A DNA stretch of 64,000 nucleotides from an uncultured Chloroflexia bacterium (GTDB taxonomy: Bacteria > Chloroflexota > Limnocylindria > Limnocylindrales > CSP1-4): NCBI GenBank assembly GCA_963833225.1, contig CAWHXD010000019.1:768001-832000 (forward strand), in the 5' to 3' direction. Below, in pieces: positions 1-9,917 of this stretch; position 1 is the stretch's first letter, and every line of letters begins with the position of its first letter. Below the pieces are notes generated by a model. It searched no databases. It saw nothing but the letters and a program-made list of their open reading frames with translations, and had not been told where the DNA came from. The position numbers and the translations under genes are program-made.

Positions 1-209
1 CGGACGAGGAGGCATGGGGCATGGTCCCGCCAGGAGAGCCGGATCCCCTCGATTGGCTCGCCAGCCATCTTGGGAGCTACTACATCGGCGTCCCGGGCGA
101 CCTGTTCCCGGCGTGGGACGCGGCGGAGACCGCGGGGTACGGAGCGGCCGGCATGCTGGCGGTCGGTGCGGCATTCCTGGCAGTGCGCAGGCGACGCCCC
201 TACGCCTGA
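1..209 (+). CDS. 3' end of a protein with C-terminal membrane anchor (partial)
   Basis: Frame open from window edge (DEEAWGMVPP...); ends in hydrophobic GAAGMLAVGAAFLAV then basic RRRR. Confidence 0.55.
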   Translation, partial: DEEAWGMVPPGEPDPLDWLASHLGSYYIGVPGDLFPAWDAAETAGYGAAGMLAVGAAFLAVRRRRPYA

Positions 210-532
210 TCGCCGCAGGCGGGGCGCGGCGGCTGGTAGTGAAGGCCGAACCTTTCGCCTGTCGAGGTGCTTGATGGCGCCTCCAAGCGAACGGATTCGG
301 GCTCCCACTGGGACGGGAAGTCCTTTCGCGCCGCTACCAACGCCGCATGGCAGAACGCCGGATGGAACGCAGCATCGGTGTGGCGAAGTTTCGCGGGGTA
401 GGTGAGCGACTCGAGTAGCGCCCGCGCGGGGCGTGGCCAGGCTCGCCATGCTCCCCGGACGGTCCTGCACCAAGAGTCGGCGGCGGCTCGCGACGGCGAG
501 TCTCACCCGCGTCCTCACAGCTCGCCGCGGGC

Positions 533-584
533 TTGACAGAGACCCTGGGCGGTGTATCTTACATGGTAAGTCGTACGTTGTAAG
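533..584 (+). promoter_or_regulatory. sigma70-type promoter with two TetR-like operator palindromes
   Basis: TTGACA 533-538, TATCTT 555-560; CTTAC-ATG-GTAAG 558-570 and CGTAC-GTT-GTAAG 572-584 upstream of an operon containing a TetR gene. Confidence 0.7.
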
Positions 585-623
585 GGCGCGCCGGTCGTCC
601 CGCTGGCGGCCAGAGGAGTAGAG

Positions 624-1325
624 ATGGGAACGAACCCACCTGCGCAGCCCAACATCAACGGAGCGAGGGCCGTCGCGGCGGCTCTTGGCGTTTGCGTCGG
701 CGTGTCCGGGCTGGATCACGGCCTCTTCGAAGCGCTCCAGGGCAACACGCCAACACCCGGGCTCATCGTCCAGGCAATCGGCCCTGCGCAGCGCATGTGG
801 ATCCACGGCACGGAGGAGGCGTTCACGCTCGTTCCGAACTTCCTGCTGACGGGCCTCCTGGCCATGCTCGTCGGGTTGCTGACGATCTTCTGGTCGATCC
901 GCTACCTCGACCGGCCGAACGGCAGCCGCATCCTCCTCCTGCTCGGCGGGCTGATGTTCCTGGTGGGTGGGGGGATCGGGATGCTCGTGTTCCTGCTGGC
1001 CGGCTGGTTGGCGGCGCGGCGCATCCGTCGGCCGCTCAGGTGGTTGCCCTCACGTCTACCGGCGACCGTGGGCAGGGCCCTCTCGCGGTCCTGGCCGGCG
1101 TCCGTCGTCGCGGGCCTTGCGCTGTACGCCTTCGCCCTCGAGGTCGCCATCGTCGGGTTCGTTCCTGGCGTATCTGATCCGGAACAGGCGCTCGCCATCT
1201 GCTGGCTCGCCCTGCTGGGCACGCTCGCCTCCATGGCGATTGCCCTCCTGGGCGCCTCTGTTGAGCCGTCCCCCGAGACGCAGGTCCAGCACGGGGTCCG
1301 AACCACGGTGGCGGGCTTGAGGTGA
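624..1325 (+). CDS. hypothetical multi-pass membrane protein
   Basis: GAGGAG RBS; several hydrophobic helices; GTGA overlap with TetR gene. Confidence 0.8.
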   Translation: MGTNPPAQPNINGARAVAAALGVCVGVSGLDHGLFEALQGNTPTPGLIVQAIGPAQRMWIHGTEEAFTLVPNFLLTGLLAMLVGLLTIFWSIRYLDRPNGSRILLLLGGLMFLVGGGIGMLVFLLAGWLAARRIRRPLRWLPSRLPATVGRALSRSWPASVVAGLALYAFALEVAIVGFVPGVSDPEQALAICWLALLGTLASMAIALLGASVEPSPETQVQHGVRTTVAGLR

Positions 1326-1900
1326 CGCGCCAGAGGCGGGAGCGGCCGCTGACCCGCGATGAGCTGCTGGACGCCGCGCTCGGGATCGTGGATTCGGAGG
1401 GCCTCGCCGCCCTGACGATGCGCCGGCTCGCAGCCGCCGTGGGGGTCGAGGCGATGTCGCTCTACTATCACGTGCCTCACAAGGAGGCGCTGCTCGACGG
1501 GGTCGTCGAGCGGATGCGCTCGGAGATGCGGCTCCCGGAGACGGCGCCCGATGACTGGGCCGATGCGCTGGAGGCCATCTTCGTCGAGTACCGGCGGGTC
1601 CTGGCGGCGCACCCCAACATGCTCCCCCTGGCGGCCCGCAGGACCAGCGGCACAGGAGCATCGGGCCTCGAGTATCTGATCGACCAGGGCGTCGTACCCG
1701 ACGACGCGGTGGAACTGTACCAGTCGCTGGTCGCCTTCACGATCGGTTACTCGGTGCTCAGCGCACCCCTGGTCGAGACGGCGTGGGCCGGCTTGCCGGA
1801 GGCGCTTGCCGAGCGGTTGGGCGAGTGGAGGGACACCACCTTCCGACGGACGCTGCGGATCGTCATGGATGGCTACCGGGCCGGGAAAGGAGAGATGTGA
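1322..1900 (+). CDS. TetR/AcrR family regulator (TetR_C-type C-terminus)
   Basis: LTRDELLDAAL...LTMRRLAAAVGVEAMSLYYHVPHKEALL TetR HTH. Confidence 0.93.
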   Translation: MTRQRRERPLTRDELLDAALGIVDSEGLAALTMRRLAAAVGVEAMSLYYHVPHKEALLDGVVERMRSEMRLPETAPDDWADALEAIFVEYRRVLAAHPNMLPLAARRTSGTGASGLEYLIDQGVVPDDAVELYQSLVAFTIGYSVLSAPLVETAWAGLPEALAERLGEWRDTTFRRTLRIVMDGYRAGKGEM

Positions 1901-2385
1901 TGGTGAAGACGATGGCCGGCACGCTGCCGTGGGCGGTGGTGCTGGCGGTGATCGGCGGGGCGATCTGGTGGCTGCTCTCACGGGACATGGTTGCCGGACG
2001 ATGGCTGCTCGCCGCCCTGTTCATCGGCCATGGGGTCGTCCACCTGCTGTTCGCCGTTCCCGCGCCCTCGGCAACCGACGGTGGCGCTCCGTGGCCGTTT
2101 GACATGAGCCAGTCGTGGGCGGCTGCGCGAGCCGGGCTCGATCTCGGCGTCGTCCGTGTCATCGGAGAGGTCCTGATCGCGGTCACCGTCGGCGCCTTCG
2201 CTCTGGCGGCGTTGGCGACGGTCGGCATCATCGTCCCGTCCGGGTCGTTGCAGCCGACCATCGCGCTCGGGGCCATCGCGTCGGCGGCGACGCTGGTCCT
2301 GTTCTTCGATCCCCAGCTGGTGCTCGGTCTTGGGATGGACGCGGTCCTGCTCTGGGTTGCGGTGACCCGGGCGTGGGTGCCCTGA
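1900..2385 (+). CDS. hypothetical membrane protein
   Basis: Coupled to TetR stop, AAAGGAG RBS, about 5 TM helices, HGVVHL motif. Confidence 0.75.
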   Translation: MVKTMAGTLPWAVVLAVIGGAIWWLLSRDMVAGRWLLAALFIGHGVVHLLFAVPAPSATDGGAPWPFDMSQSWAAARAGLDLGVVRVIGEVLIAVTVGAFALAALATVGIIVPSGSLQPTIALGAIASAATLVLFFDPQLVLGLGMDAVLLWVAVTRAWVP

Positions 2386-2809
2386 GCGACCCAAGGAGGG
2401 CATTGATCCTACTCCTGCTCGTCGCGCGGATTCCTTTGCTCAGGTCGGCTCCAAGCTCTCCGCCATGAGCCTGCCCTCCGCCCGACCCCGATAGATCAGC
2501 TGCTCGGTCGTGAGGCTCACTGCGCTCGCAGGTCCGCCAGGTGGCGCGTCGCCGTGCTCGGCCGGACGCCCGCGCGAGCCGCCGCGGCGATTGAACCTCA
2601 CGGTGCTGATCAACGAGGAGATCGCGGTGCTCATCTCGGGCGCCCTCGCACCGGTGAGATAAGGGGGCCGCACTCACAGGAGACCTGCCCTCTCATCTGT
2701 GAGGCCCTTGCCCTGCCAGCGCGAGAAGCCGCCAGGGCATCCAGCCGTACTGCTTGAGATTCGCGACCGCTTCTGCATGGCGACCGAGAGGTTCGGTCCT
2801 CAAGGTCGC

Positions 2810-3580
2810 TCAGCTATCCAACCTGGGGAGACGTGGAGCCTCGGCTCGGCCCGCCTCATGGGGCGAAGCGCGCCGGAACACGAGGGCCGTGAGGATCCCC
2901 CCGGCGATGAGGGTGAGCCAGACGATGGAGATCACGATGATCTCAAACACGTACCCGCGATTGATCCCCTCCATCGCGAAGACGACGACGAGGGCGCCGA
3001 TCGACACGGCGAAGCTCGCGATGTAGAGCCAGTGAAGACTCCGCTCAAGCCGACTGGCCCCCACGAACACCCCGGCCACGCAGAGGAAGGCGAGACTCAT
3101 CAGCAGATAGCCAAGCTCCTCGAGTGCAATGAAGACGCCGTTCGGGTTGTACATCGTCAGCATCGCCCACCCATCGAGCTGCCCCTTCTCGAGGCTCGGC
3201 TGCATCACCGTCACCTGGATGTAGTAGGTGATGAGCAGGACAGCGGCGGCGATGACGCCAACGCACAGCGCGAGCAGGCTGTACGTCCTGCGGGCCGGGG
3301 GTGCGGACTCGTGGATCGCGACGAGGAGCGCCACGAAGAGCACCATCAGGACCATGGCCGGGTACATCCACAGGTAGTCCCCGGGCCACTGATCGACGAT
3401 GACCTGGCTCGTGAACGGGTACGGGACGGCATCCGGCAGCGCCGTGAGTGCCAGGGCGAAGGTCACTACGGTCAGCGCGGCAGTGACGAGGGCGATCCAA
3501 GAGCCAAATCGGCGGGCCGCCTCGGCCCTTGTCCCATCGACGGCCGCAGTCTCGTCCAATTCCACTCCGTACGCCTCCAT
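2810..3580 (-). CDS. hypothetical multi-pass membrane protein (DUF4386-like)
   Basis: ATG at 3580 with GGAGG RBS; about 6 TM helices; family call tentative. Confidence 0.75.
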   Translation of the reverse strand: MEAYGVELDETAAVDGTRAEAARRFGSWIALVTAALTVVTFALALTALPDAVPYPFTSQVIVDQWPGDYLWMYPAMVLMVLFVALLVAIHESAPPARRTYSLLALCVGVIAAAVLLITYYIQVTVMQPSLEKGQLDGWAMLTMYNPNGVFIALEELGYLLMSLAFLCVAGVFVGASRLERSLHWLYIASFAVSIGALVVVFAMEGINRGYVFEIIVISIVWLTLIAGGILTALVFRRASPHEAGRAEAPRLPRLDS

Positions 3581-4029
3581 TCGAGCCTCCAGCAGTGGAC
3601 TTCCGCAATGCTCGACTCGAGGGAGATGACTCTCCAGTGCTCCCGAGCACTCCTGGCCTGACAAGCAGTCTGTCAACAGACGTTGCCCACGCACAAGGCC
3701 AGACCGGCCCCAACGGCCAGGGCCAGAGGCGATTGGCTGCCGACGGACTTTCAACTCAGCGGCCGTGACGACAGCGATGCAGCAGGTCCCCGACTCAGGT
3801 CTCGTCGGGTAGACGCGCAGGTCCTCCGTTTTCGGCACTACCCTCCGGCTCCGGCGGCCGCGGAGCGAGGATCCAGACGAGATGGTGGACCGACCAAGAA
3901 CGTGCGCCAGCGCGCGCTGGACCGATGATGGCGCGGAGGTCGTTCGAACCGGTGTCCGGGTCGACCGACAGGATCGTCCGATCAGCCAGGAACCGCGAGC
4001 CGGACCCGGCGCGCGCGGCGGGCGGTTGT

Positions 4030-4674
4030 CTAGGCGGTACCGCCCGTCCCGAACTGGCGGTCGCCCGCGTCGCCGAGGCCGGGCATGATGTACCCCTTGT
4101 CGTTGAGCTGGCGATCGAGCGCGGCCGTGTAGATGTCGACCTCCGGGTGGGCCTTGAGCACGGCCTCGACGCCCTCGGGTGCGGCGATCAGGTTGACGAG
4201 CTTGATCCGGACCGCGCCCCACTTCTTGAGGACCTCGATGGCGGCAGTGGCGGAGCCGCCGGTGGCGAGCATCGGGTCGAGGATCAGGCACAGGTCCACG
4301 GTGCTGGTGTTGGGCAGCTTGTTGTAGTACTCGACCGGGCGCAGCGTCCGCTCATCGCGGAACAGGCCGAGATGCCACACCTGCGCGGTGGGCATCAGCT
4401 CCAGGAACGCATCCACCATGCCCAGGCCGGCGCGGAGGATGGGAATGAAGCCGATGCGGTCGGCGAGCTCTCCACCCTGCATGACCTCGAGCGGTGTCGG
4501 GACGTCGATGGGCCGGATGTGGGCGTCGGCGAGGGCCTCGTAGCCCAGCAGCCACGACAGCTCGCGGACGACCTCGCGGAACTTCTTGGGCTCCGTCTGT
4601 TCGTTCCTCAGGATGCCCAGCTTGTGGCGGACGGCGGGGTGTTGCGACACGTGGAGGTTGGGCCAGTCAGCCAC
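4030..4674 (-). CDS. upp: uracil phosphoribosyltransferase
   Basis: [44 protein letters not shown]. Confidence 0.97.
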   Translation of the reverse strand: MADWPNLHVSQHPAVRHKLGILRNEQTEPKKFREVVRELSWLLGYEALADAHIRPIDVPTPLEVMQGGELADRIGFIPILRAGLGMVDAFLELMPTAQVWHLGLFRDERTLRPVEYYNKLPNTSTVDLCLILDPMLATGGSATAAIEVLKKWGAVRIKLVNLIAAPEGVEAVLKAHPEVDIYTAALDRQLNDKGYIMPGLGDAGDRQFGTGGTA

Positions 4675-4799
4675 GGGGATCCCTCGCTTTGATCGGGGTT
4701 CGGGCGCCATGCACCCGGGCGGCACACTCCTGCCGGTCGAGGTCCAATCGTAACGCGCGGACGGGCCGCGCGGAGCCCGGCGCGCTATGCTCGCGATTC

Positions 4800-5934
4800 A
4801 TGGCCAGCCGAACACCAAGCCGCCCGTCCCGAACCGCTGCGCCGGCACGCGCCGCGCGCTGGAATGTGCCCCCGGTGCTCGTCCGACAGATCCGCAGCGG
4901 CGTCACCGAGTCCGTCCACCGCGGGCGACGCGGTCGAGGCCGACGCCGGCGGGCGCCTGCTCCATGCCCTGGGCGATCCGGACCGCGTCGTCAACCTCCG
5001 CTCCGCCGTCAAGCCGTTCGGGCTGGTGGCCTTGCTGCGGGCCGGCGGTCAGGCGGAGTTCGACCTCACCGCCGAAGAGCTCGCGGTCATGGTCTCGAGC
5101 CATTCCGGCGAGGATCTCCACGTCCGCACCCTGATGGGGTTGTATCGCCGGGCGGGCCTCGCCCAGGCCTCCCTGGCGTGCGGCACCGACGGCCCCCTCG
5201 ACACCCTGACCGCGGCTCGTCTGGCCCGGGATGGTGAGCGACCTGGCCCCTTCCGCCACATGTGCTCGGGCCAGCACACGGCTTTCCTGCTGCTGGCGAA
5301 GATGGGTGGCTGGGACGTCGACACCTACTGGCAGGAGGACCACCCGGCGCACATGGCCTACGTGGAGGCGGTCGCGGCCTGCTTCGGGGTGGCACCCTCC
5401 CGGCTCGTGACCAGCGTCGACGCCTGCGGCGTGGCGACGTTCGCGTTCCCGCTCCGGGAGATCGCCCGGGCCTTCGCGATGCTGGCCGGTCCGGAGTTGC
5501 TCCCGGCCGCGGACGCGCGGTCATCGGTCACCCGTCACCTGGTGACCGTCCGCGATGCCATGGTTGCCCATCCGGACCTCGTCGCCGGCACGCGTGAGCG
5601 GCTTGACTCATCACTGATGAAGGCGGCACCCGGCCGGCTCATCGCCAAGGGGGGCGCCGAGGGGCTGACCTGTGTGGGGATCCTGGCGGACGCCCGCGGC
5701 CCGGGCTCGGCACCATCCGGGTTTGCTCTCAAGATCGAAGATGGCGGTGGGCACGATCGCGCCGGCCACGCGGCCGCCGTCGAGGCGCTGGCCCAGATGG
5801 GCGTCCTCGAGGGCCAGGCGCTCAGGATGCTCGCCCGCTACCACCGCCCGCCGAGCCTCGACCCGCACGGCCGGACCGTGGCCGAGGCCATCCCGTCCTT
5901 CGAGCTCGCCCCGGTAGGCGAGCTCACCGGCTGA
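4800..5934 (+). CDS. L-asparaginase II (Rhizobium etli type); +1 frameshift near 4925
   Basis: RSGVTESVHRG in one frame, then RSAVKP, SSHSGED, CSGQH, DACG, KGGAEG in the next; extra G in a G run. Confidence 0.85.
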
Positions 5935-5977
5935 GACACGCAGGGACGGGCCATCACCGTCCCGCGGAGGCACCTCG

Positions 5978-6694
5978 ATGACGTTCCAGGGAGACCCGTA
6001 CCAGACGCTCGGCCTGGCACCCGGCGCCTCCCTCAACGAGATCAAGTCGGCGTACCGGCGACTGGCCAAGCAGTACCACCCCGATGCCGCGGGCGTGCGC
6101 GCCCTGGCACGGTTCCTGGCGATCCAGGCGGCGTACGAACGACTCGTCGACGGGGAGGGGCACCTGCGTCGGGCGGCCGACCGGTCGCCGGCCCACCCGT
6201 CGCCGGCCGCCACCGCGCGGCCACGCGCATCCCGCGATGCGTGGAGGGCGCGGCGCTCCGGGAGTGGCGCCAACGCGGGCCACCGGTCCACGGACGGCCA
6301 GCCGGCCGGTCGCGCCGCGGGTTCTCGGCCCCATCGGGGGGAAGGCCCGGCCGCGGGACCACGGTCCGAGGCGCGGACCAGGGCGGCCGGTGAGGAGCCC
6401 GAGCACGCGAGGCGAGGATCCCGAAAGGCCACCCCCGGCTCCACCACCTATGACGAGGCGACCGAGATCCCGCTCGATCCCCGGTGGGAGGGCGGCGCCT
6501 GGTACGGCCCGTCGTCGGGCACGTACTGGACGCTCAATCCCCGCGAGTACGCCGATCCTCGCAAGCATGGCCCGGAGTACCTGGCGCGCGCGCGGCGGGC
6601 AACGGCCGGCGCGGATCCGGCCGACGCGCCGCCGGACGAGAACCGGGCCGAATCGTCGCGCGCCGAGGGCGAGCCCACGGGTCGAGAGACGTAG
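5978..6694 (+). CDS. J-domain (DnaJ-like) protein with low-complexity linker and Trp/Tyr-rich C-terminal motif
   Basis: DPYQTLGL...IKSAYRRLAKQYHPD; GGAGG RBS. Confidence 0.85.
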   Translation: MTFQGDPYQTLGLAPGASLNEIKSAYRRLAKQYHPDAAGVRALARFLAIQAAYERLVDGEGHLRRAADRSPAHPSPAATARPRASRDAWRARRSGSGANAGHRSTDGQPAGRAAGSRPHRGEGPAAGPRSEARTRAAGEEPEHARRGSRKATPGSTTYDEATEIPLDPRWEGGAWYGPSSGTYWTLNPREYADPRKHGPEYLARARRATAGADPADAPPDENRAESSRAEGEPTGRET

Positions 6695-6703
6695 ACTTGC
6701 GGC

Positions 6704-7432
6704 ATGCGCCGGACCGAGAGCGATGACATCTCCGCGGCTGCCCAGGAGTATCTGCTCGCCCTGCGCGTGATGGGCTCGGACGGCCGTGTGGCGACCTCGG
6801 CGCAGCTGGGGCGACACGTCGGCGTCTCCACGCAGGCCGCAAGCGAGATGTGCCGCCGGCTCGCGTCGGACGGACTCCTGGAGCCGTCGACGGGTCGCGG
6901 GCTCGTCCTCACGGGCGCCGGGCGTGCGGCCGCGGATGCCATCTTCCGGCGCCATGCGCTCCTCGAGTGGCTGCTCACCTCGGTCGTCGGCCTGACATGG
7001 GCCGAGAGCGACGTGGAGGCCGCCCGGCTCCAGGGCGCCCTGTCACCACGGGTCGAGTCCAGGCTGGACGAGCTGCTCGGCCACCCGGAGACCTGCCCGC
7101 ACGGCAATCCCATCGACCTCGACGTCGCGCACCGCCGGCCGGCCGGGACCCCGCTCAGCGAGCTCGAATCCGGTACCCGGGCGACCGTCCTGCGGATCAC
7201 CGAGGAGGCCGAGGAGGACGCGGGGCTCCTGTCCTACCTGGAGGCGCGGGCGCTGACGCCCGGAGCGCACGTCACGATCCTGGCCCGCTCGGAATCGCTC
7301 GACAGCCTGACGCTCGACGGACCGCGCGGCCGGGCGACCTTGGGCCTCCGCCCGGCCGCCCTGATCCGGATGCTGCCCGGCGAGGCCGATCCCGCGCTGT
7401 TCCACAAGGTCCCGGCGCCGCTCGGCGCCTGA
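6704..7432 (+). CDS. DtxR/MntR family regulator with FeoA-like C-terminal domain
   Basis: QEYL, RRHALLE, LGHPETCPHGNPI motifs. Confidence 0.9.
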   Translation: MRRTESDDISAAAQEYLLALRVMGSDGRVATSAQLGRHVGVSTQAASEMCRRLASDGLLEPSTGRGLVLTGAGRAAADAIFRRHALLEWLLTSVVGLTWAESDVEAARLQGALSPRVESRLDELLGHPETCPHGNPIDLDVAHRRPAGTPLSELESGTRATVLRITEEAEEDAGLLSYLEARALTPGAHVTILARSESLDSLTLDGPRGRATLGLRPAALIRMLPGEADPALFHKVPAPLGA

Positions 7433-7491
7433 GCCGGCGCCGCGGAGCTCAGACCCAGGGTCCGGACCCGATGGCCCCCTACAATCGGGGC

Positions 7492-8988
7492 ATGCCCTCC
7501 GACATCCGTGTCCGCATCGCGCCCAGTCCGACCGGACCGCTTCACATCGGCACCGCGCGGACGGCGCTGTTCAACTACCTGGTTGCCCGCCATAGCGGCG
7601 GAACCTTCGTCCTCCGGCTCGAGGACACCGACGTTGCACGGAGCACGTCGGCGTTCGAGACGGACATCCTCGACGGGCTCCACTGGCTCGGGATCACCTG
7701 GGATGAGGGGCCCGGGGTGGGAGGCCTCGGCGAGGTCGGCCCGTACGCGCCCTACCGCCAGATGGCTCGCCTCGACGACTACGCCGCCGCGGCGCGGAGG
7801 CTGCTCGAGCAGGACCGCGCCTATCCGTGCTACTGCACGCCGGCCCAGCTGGAGGCGGACCGCAAGGCGCAGGAGGCCGCGAAGGTGCCGGTCGGCTATC
7901 TCGGGCGGTGCGCGTCGCTGACCGCGGAGGAGCGCGCTGAGCGGGAAGCGGACGGCCGCCGTGGAGCCCTGCGCTTCCGGGTCCACACCGGCGTGGTCGG
8001 CTGGGACGACCTCGTGCGTGGCCGGGTCGAGATCGACACCGCCAACCTCGGCGGCGACTTCGTGATCGTCCGTGCCGACGGCACGCCCGTCTACCACTTC
8101 ACCGTGGTGGTCGACGACATGTCGATGCGGATCAGCCACGTGATCCGGGGCGAGGACCACGTCAGCAACACGCCCAAGCACATCCTGCTGTTCGAGGCGC
8201 TCGGGTACCCGCTGCCGTTGTTCGCGCACCTGCCGCTCATCCTCAACCCCGACGGCACCAAGATGAGCAAGCGCAAGAGCCAGACCGCGGTCGCCGACTA
8301 CGTGGCCCAGGGCTTCCTGCGCGAGGCGCTCGTCAACTACTTCAGCTTCCTGGGCTGGTCGCCGGGAACCGAGGAGGACGTGCTCGCGATCGACGAGATC
8401 GTTGACCGCTTCGAGCTGGACAAGGTCCACAAGGGCGGCGCCCGCTTCGACCGGGAGCGGCTGGAGTGGCTCAACGGCCAGTGGATCCGGAGGCTGGACG
8501 ATGACGACCTCGTGGACCGGCTGCTGCCATTCCTCGAGGCGGCCTGCGTCGCGGGCCAGATCGACCGGGAGCCTTCCGCGGACGAGCTCCGGGCGCTGCT
8601 GCCGATCGTTCGCGAACGGATCTCGACCCTTGCCGCGATCGTCGACGTGGCGGGCTTCCTCTGGAAGCACGACCTTGGCCTTGATCCTGTGAAGCTCGTG
8701 CCCAAGCGCTGGGACGCGGCCACGACCCGCGAGGGCCTGGTCGCCGCCCGCGACGCACTCGCGGCGCACGATGCGGTGACCTGGGAGGCCGACGAGCTGG
8801 AGCCGCCGCTTCGCGCCCTTGCCGAGGGACGCGGCTGGAAGGCCGGCGACCTGTTCATGGCGGTCCGCGTGGCGACGACCGGCCAGGCGGCCACGCCGCC
8901 ACTGTTCGACACGCTGGTTGCCCTCGGGCGGGACCGGACGCTGGCCCGCCTCGACGACGCCGCCGCGGTGCTGGCAACGGGCCCGTGA
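7492..8988 (+). CDS. gltX: glutamate--tRNA ligase
   Basis: RIAPSPTGPLHIGT, RLEDTD, HVIRGEDHVSNTPKH, KMSKR. Confidence 0.97.
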   Translation: MPSDIRVRIAPSPTGPLHIGTARTALFNYLVARHSGGTFVLRLEDTDVARSTSAFETDILDGLHWLGITWDEGPGVGGLGEVGPYAPYRQMARLDDYAAAARRLLEQDRAYPCYCTPAQLEADRKAQEAAKVPVGYLGRCASLTAEERAEREADGRRGALRFRVHTGVVGWDDLVRGRVEIDTANLGGDFVIVRADGTPVYHFTVVVDDMSMRISHVIRGEDHVSNTPKHILLFEALGYPLPLFAHLPLILNPDGTKMSKRKSQTAVADYVAQGFLREALVNYFSFLGWSPGTEEDVLAIDEIVDRFELDKVHKGGARFDRERLEWLNGQWIRRLDDDDLVDRLLPFLEAACVAGQIDREPSADELRALLPIVRERISTLAAIVDVAGFLWKHDLGLDPVKLVPKRWDAATTREGLVAARDALAAHDAVTWEADELEPPLRALAEGRGWKAGDLFMAVRVATTGQAATPPLFDTLVALGRDRTLARLDDAAAVLATGP

Positions 8989-9003
8989 ACAGGCATCGTC
9001 TGC

Positions 9004-9042
9004 CGCAACACCATGTGAACAGGGCGTGAACACGCCGTTAAC
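9004..9042 (+). promoter_or_regulatory. PHO-box-like direct repeats upstream of response regulator
   Basis: CGCAAC 9004, GTGAAC 9015, GTGAAC 9026, GTTAAC 9037 at exact 11-bp period. Confidence 0.75.
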
Positions 9043-9067
9043 CACGACGCCGGACCATCGCAGGCAC

Positions 9068-9763
9068 ATGGCCCGCACGATCCTCGTCGTCGACGACGAG
9101 ACGACCCTCCGCGAGACCCTCGTCGAAGCGCTGGAGCTCGAGGGCTTCCGGGCGATCCCGGCCGCCGACGGCCGGGAAGCGCTGTCCCAGTTCCGGGCCA
9201 CCCATCCGGACCTGATCCTGCTCGACCTGATGCTTCCCGAGCTGTCCGGGGTCGAGGTCTGCCGGATCATCCGCGCCGAGTCGCCCGTGCCGATCATCAT
9301 GCTCACGGCGCGCGACGGCGAGGTGGACAAGGTGGTGGGCCTCGAGCTCGGCGCCGACGACTACGTCACCAAGCCATTCAGCATGCGCGAGCTGACGGCC
9401 CGCATCCGGGCGATCTTCCGACGAGCCGAGCCGGCGGGCATGACCGACGGGCCGGCCCCGCTCCTGGATCTCGGCCGGGTGCAGCTGGATCTCGCCGGTC
9501 ATCGCATCCTGCGCGACGGCGTGGCGGTTCCGCTCAAACCCAAGGCCTTTGAGCTGCTGTCCTTCCTGGTGCGGAACCCGGGCCAGGTCTTCACCCGGGA
9601 CCAGCTCCTGGAGAAGGTGTGGGGCTACGACTACGCGGGCGAGACGCGCACGGTCGACGTCCACGTGCACTGGCTGCGCTCAGAGCTGGAGGAGGACGCG
9701 GCCAGGCCGCAGCTCGTGCAGACGGTCCGCGGCGTGGGCTACGTGTTCCGGCGGCCCGCCTGA
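9068..9763 (+). CDS. OmpR/PhoB family response regulator (PhoB/RegX3-like)
   Basis: ILVVDDE, LLDLMLP, GADDYVTKPF, RTVDVHVHWLR, TVRGVGY; PHO-box-like repeats upstream. Confidence 0.93.
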   Translation: MARTILVVDDETTLRETLVEALELEGFRAIPAADGREALSQFRATHPDLILLDLMLPELSGVEVCRIIRAESPVPIIMLTARDGEVDKVVGLELGADDYVTKPFSMRELTARIRAIFRRAEPAGMTDGPAPLLDLGRVQLDLAGHRILRDGVAVPLKPKAFELLSFLVRNPGQVFTRDQLLEKVWGYDYAGETRTVDVHVHWLRSELEEDAARPQLVQTVRGVGYVFRRPA

Positions 9764-9780
9764 GCGCGCGTCCCCACCTG

Positions 9781-9854
9781 GACGCAGGGTCCCTCCCCGG
9801 AGCAGGGTCCCGCCCGACGCGACGGTCCCGCCCGACGCGACGGTCCCGCCCGAC
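9781..9854 (+). repeat. 18-bp imperfect tandem repeat (about 4 copies)
   Basis: GCGACGGTCCCGCCCGAC x2 preceded by two degenerate GCAGGGTCCC copies. Confidence 0.8.
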
Positions 9855-9875
9855 CATGGCCCTCCCGGGCCATGG
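9854..9875 (+). terminator. GC-rich hairpin after response regulator
   Basis: CCATGGCCC-TCCC-GGGCCATGG perfect 9-bp stem; no U tract. Confidence 0.4.
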
Positions 9876-9917
9876 CCCGAGGTTGCGACGCGTGGGACAC
9901 TGGTCGCCTGCGGAGGC

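Noticed and set aside
2390-2800. Short ORFs between the TetR operon and the membrane gene
   Set aside because: No convincing RBS, motif or consistent frame; at most a gene remnant
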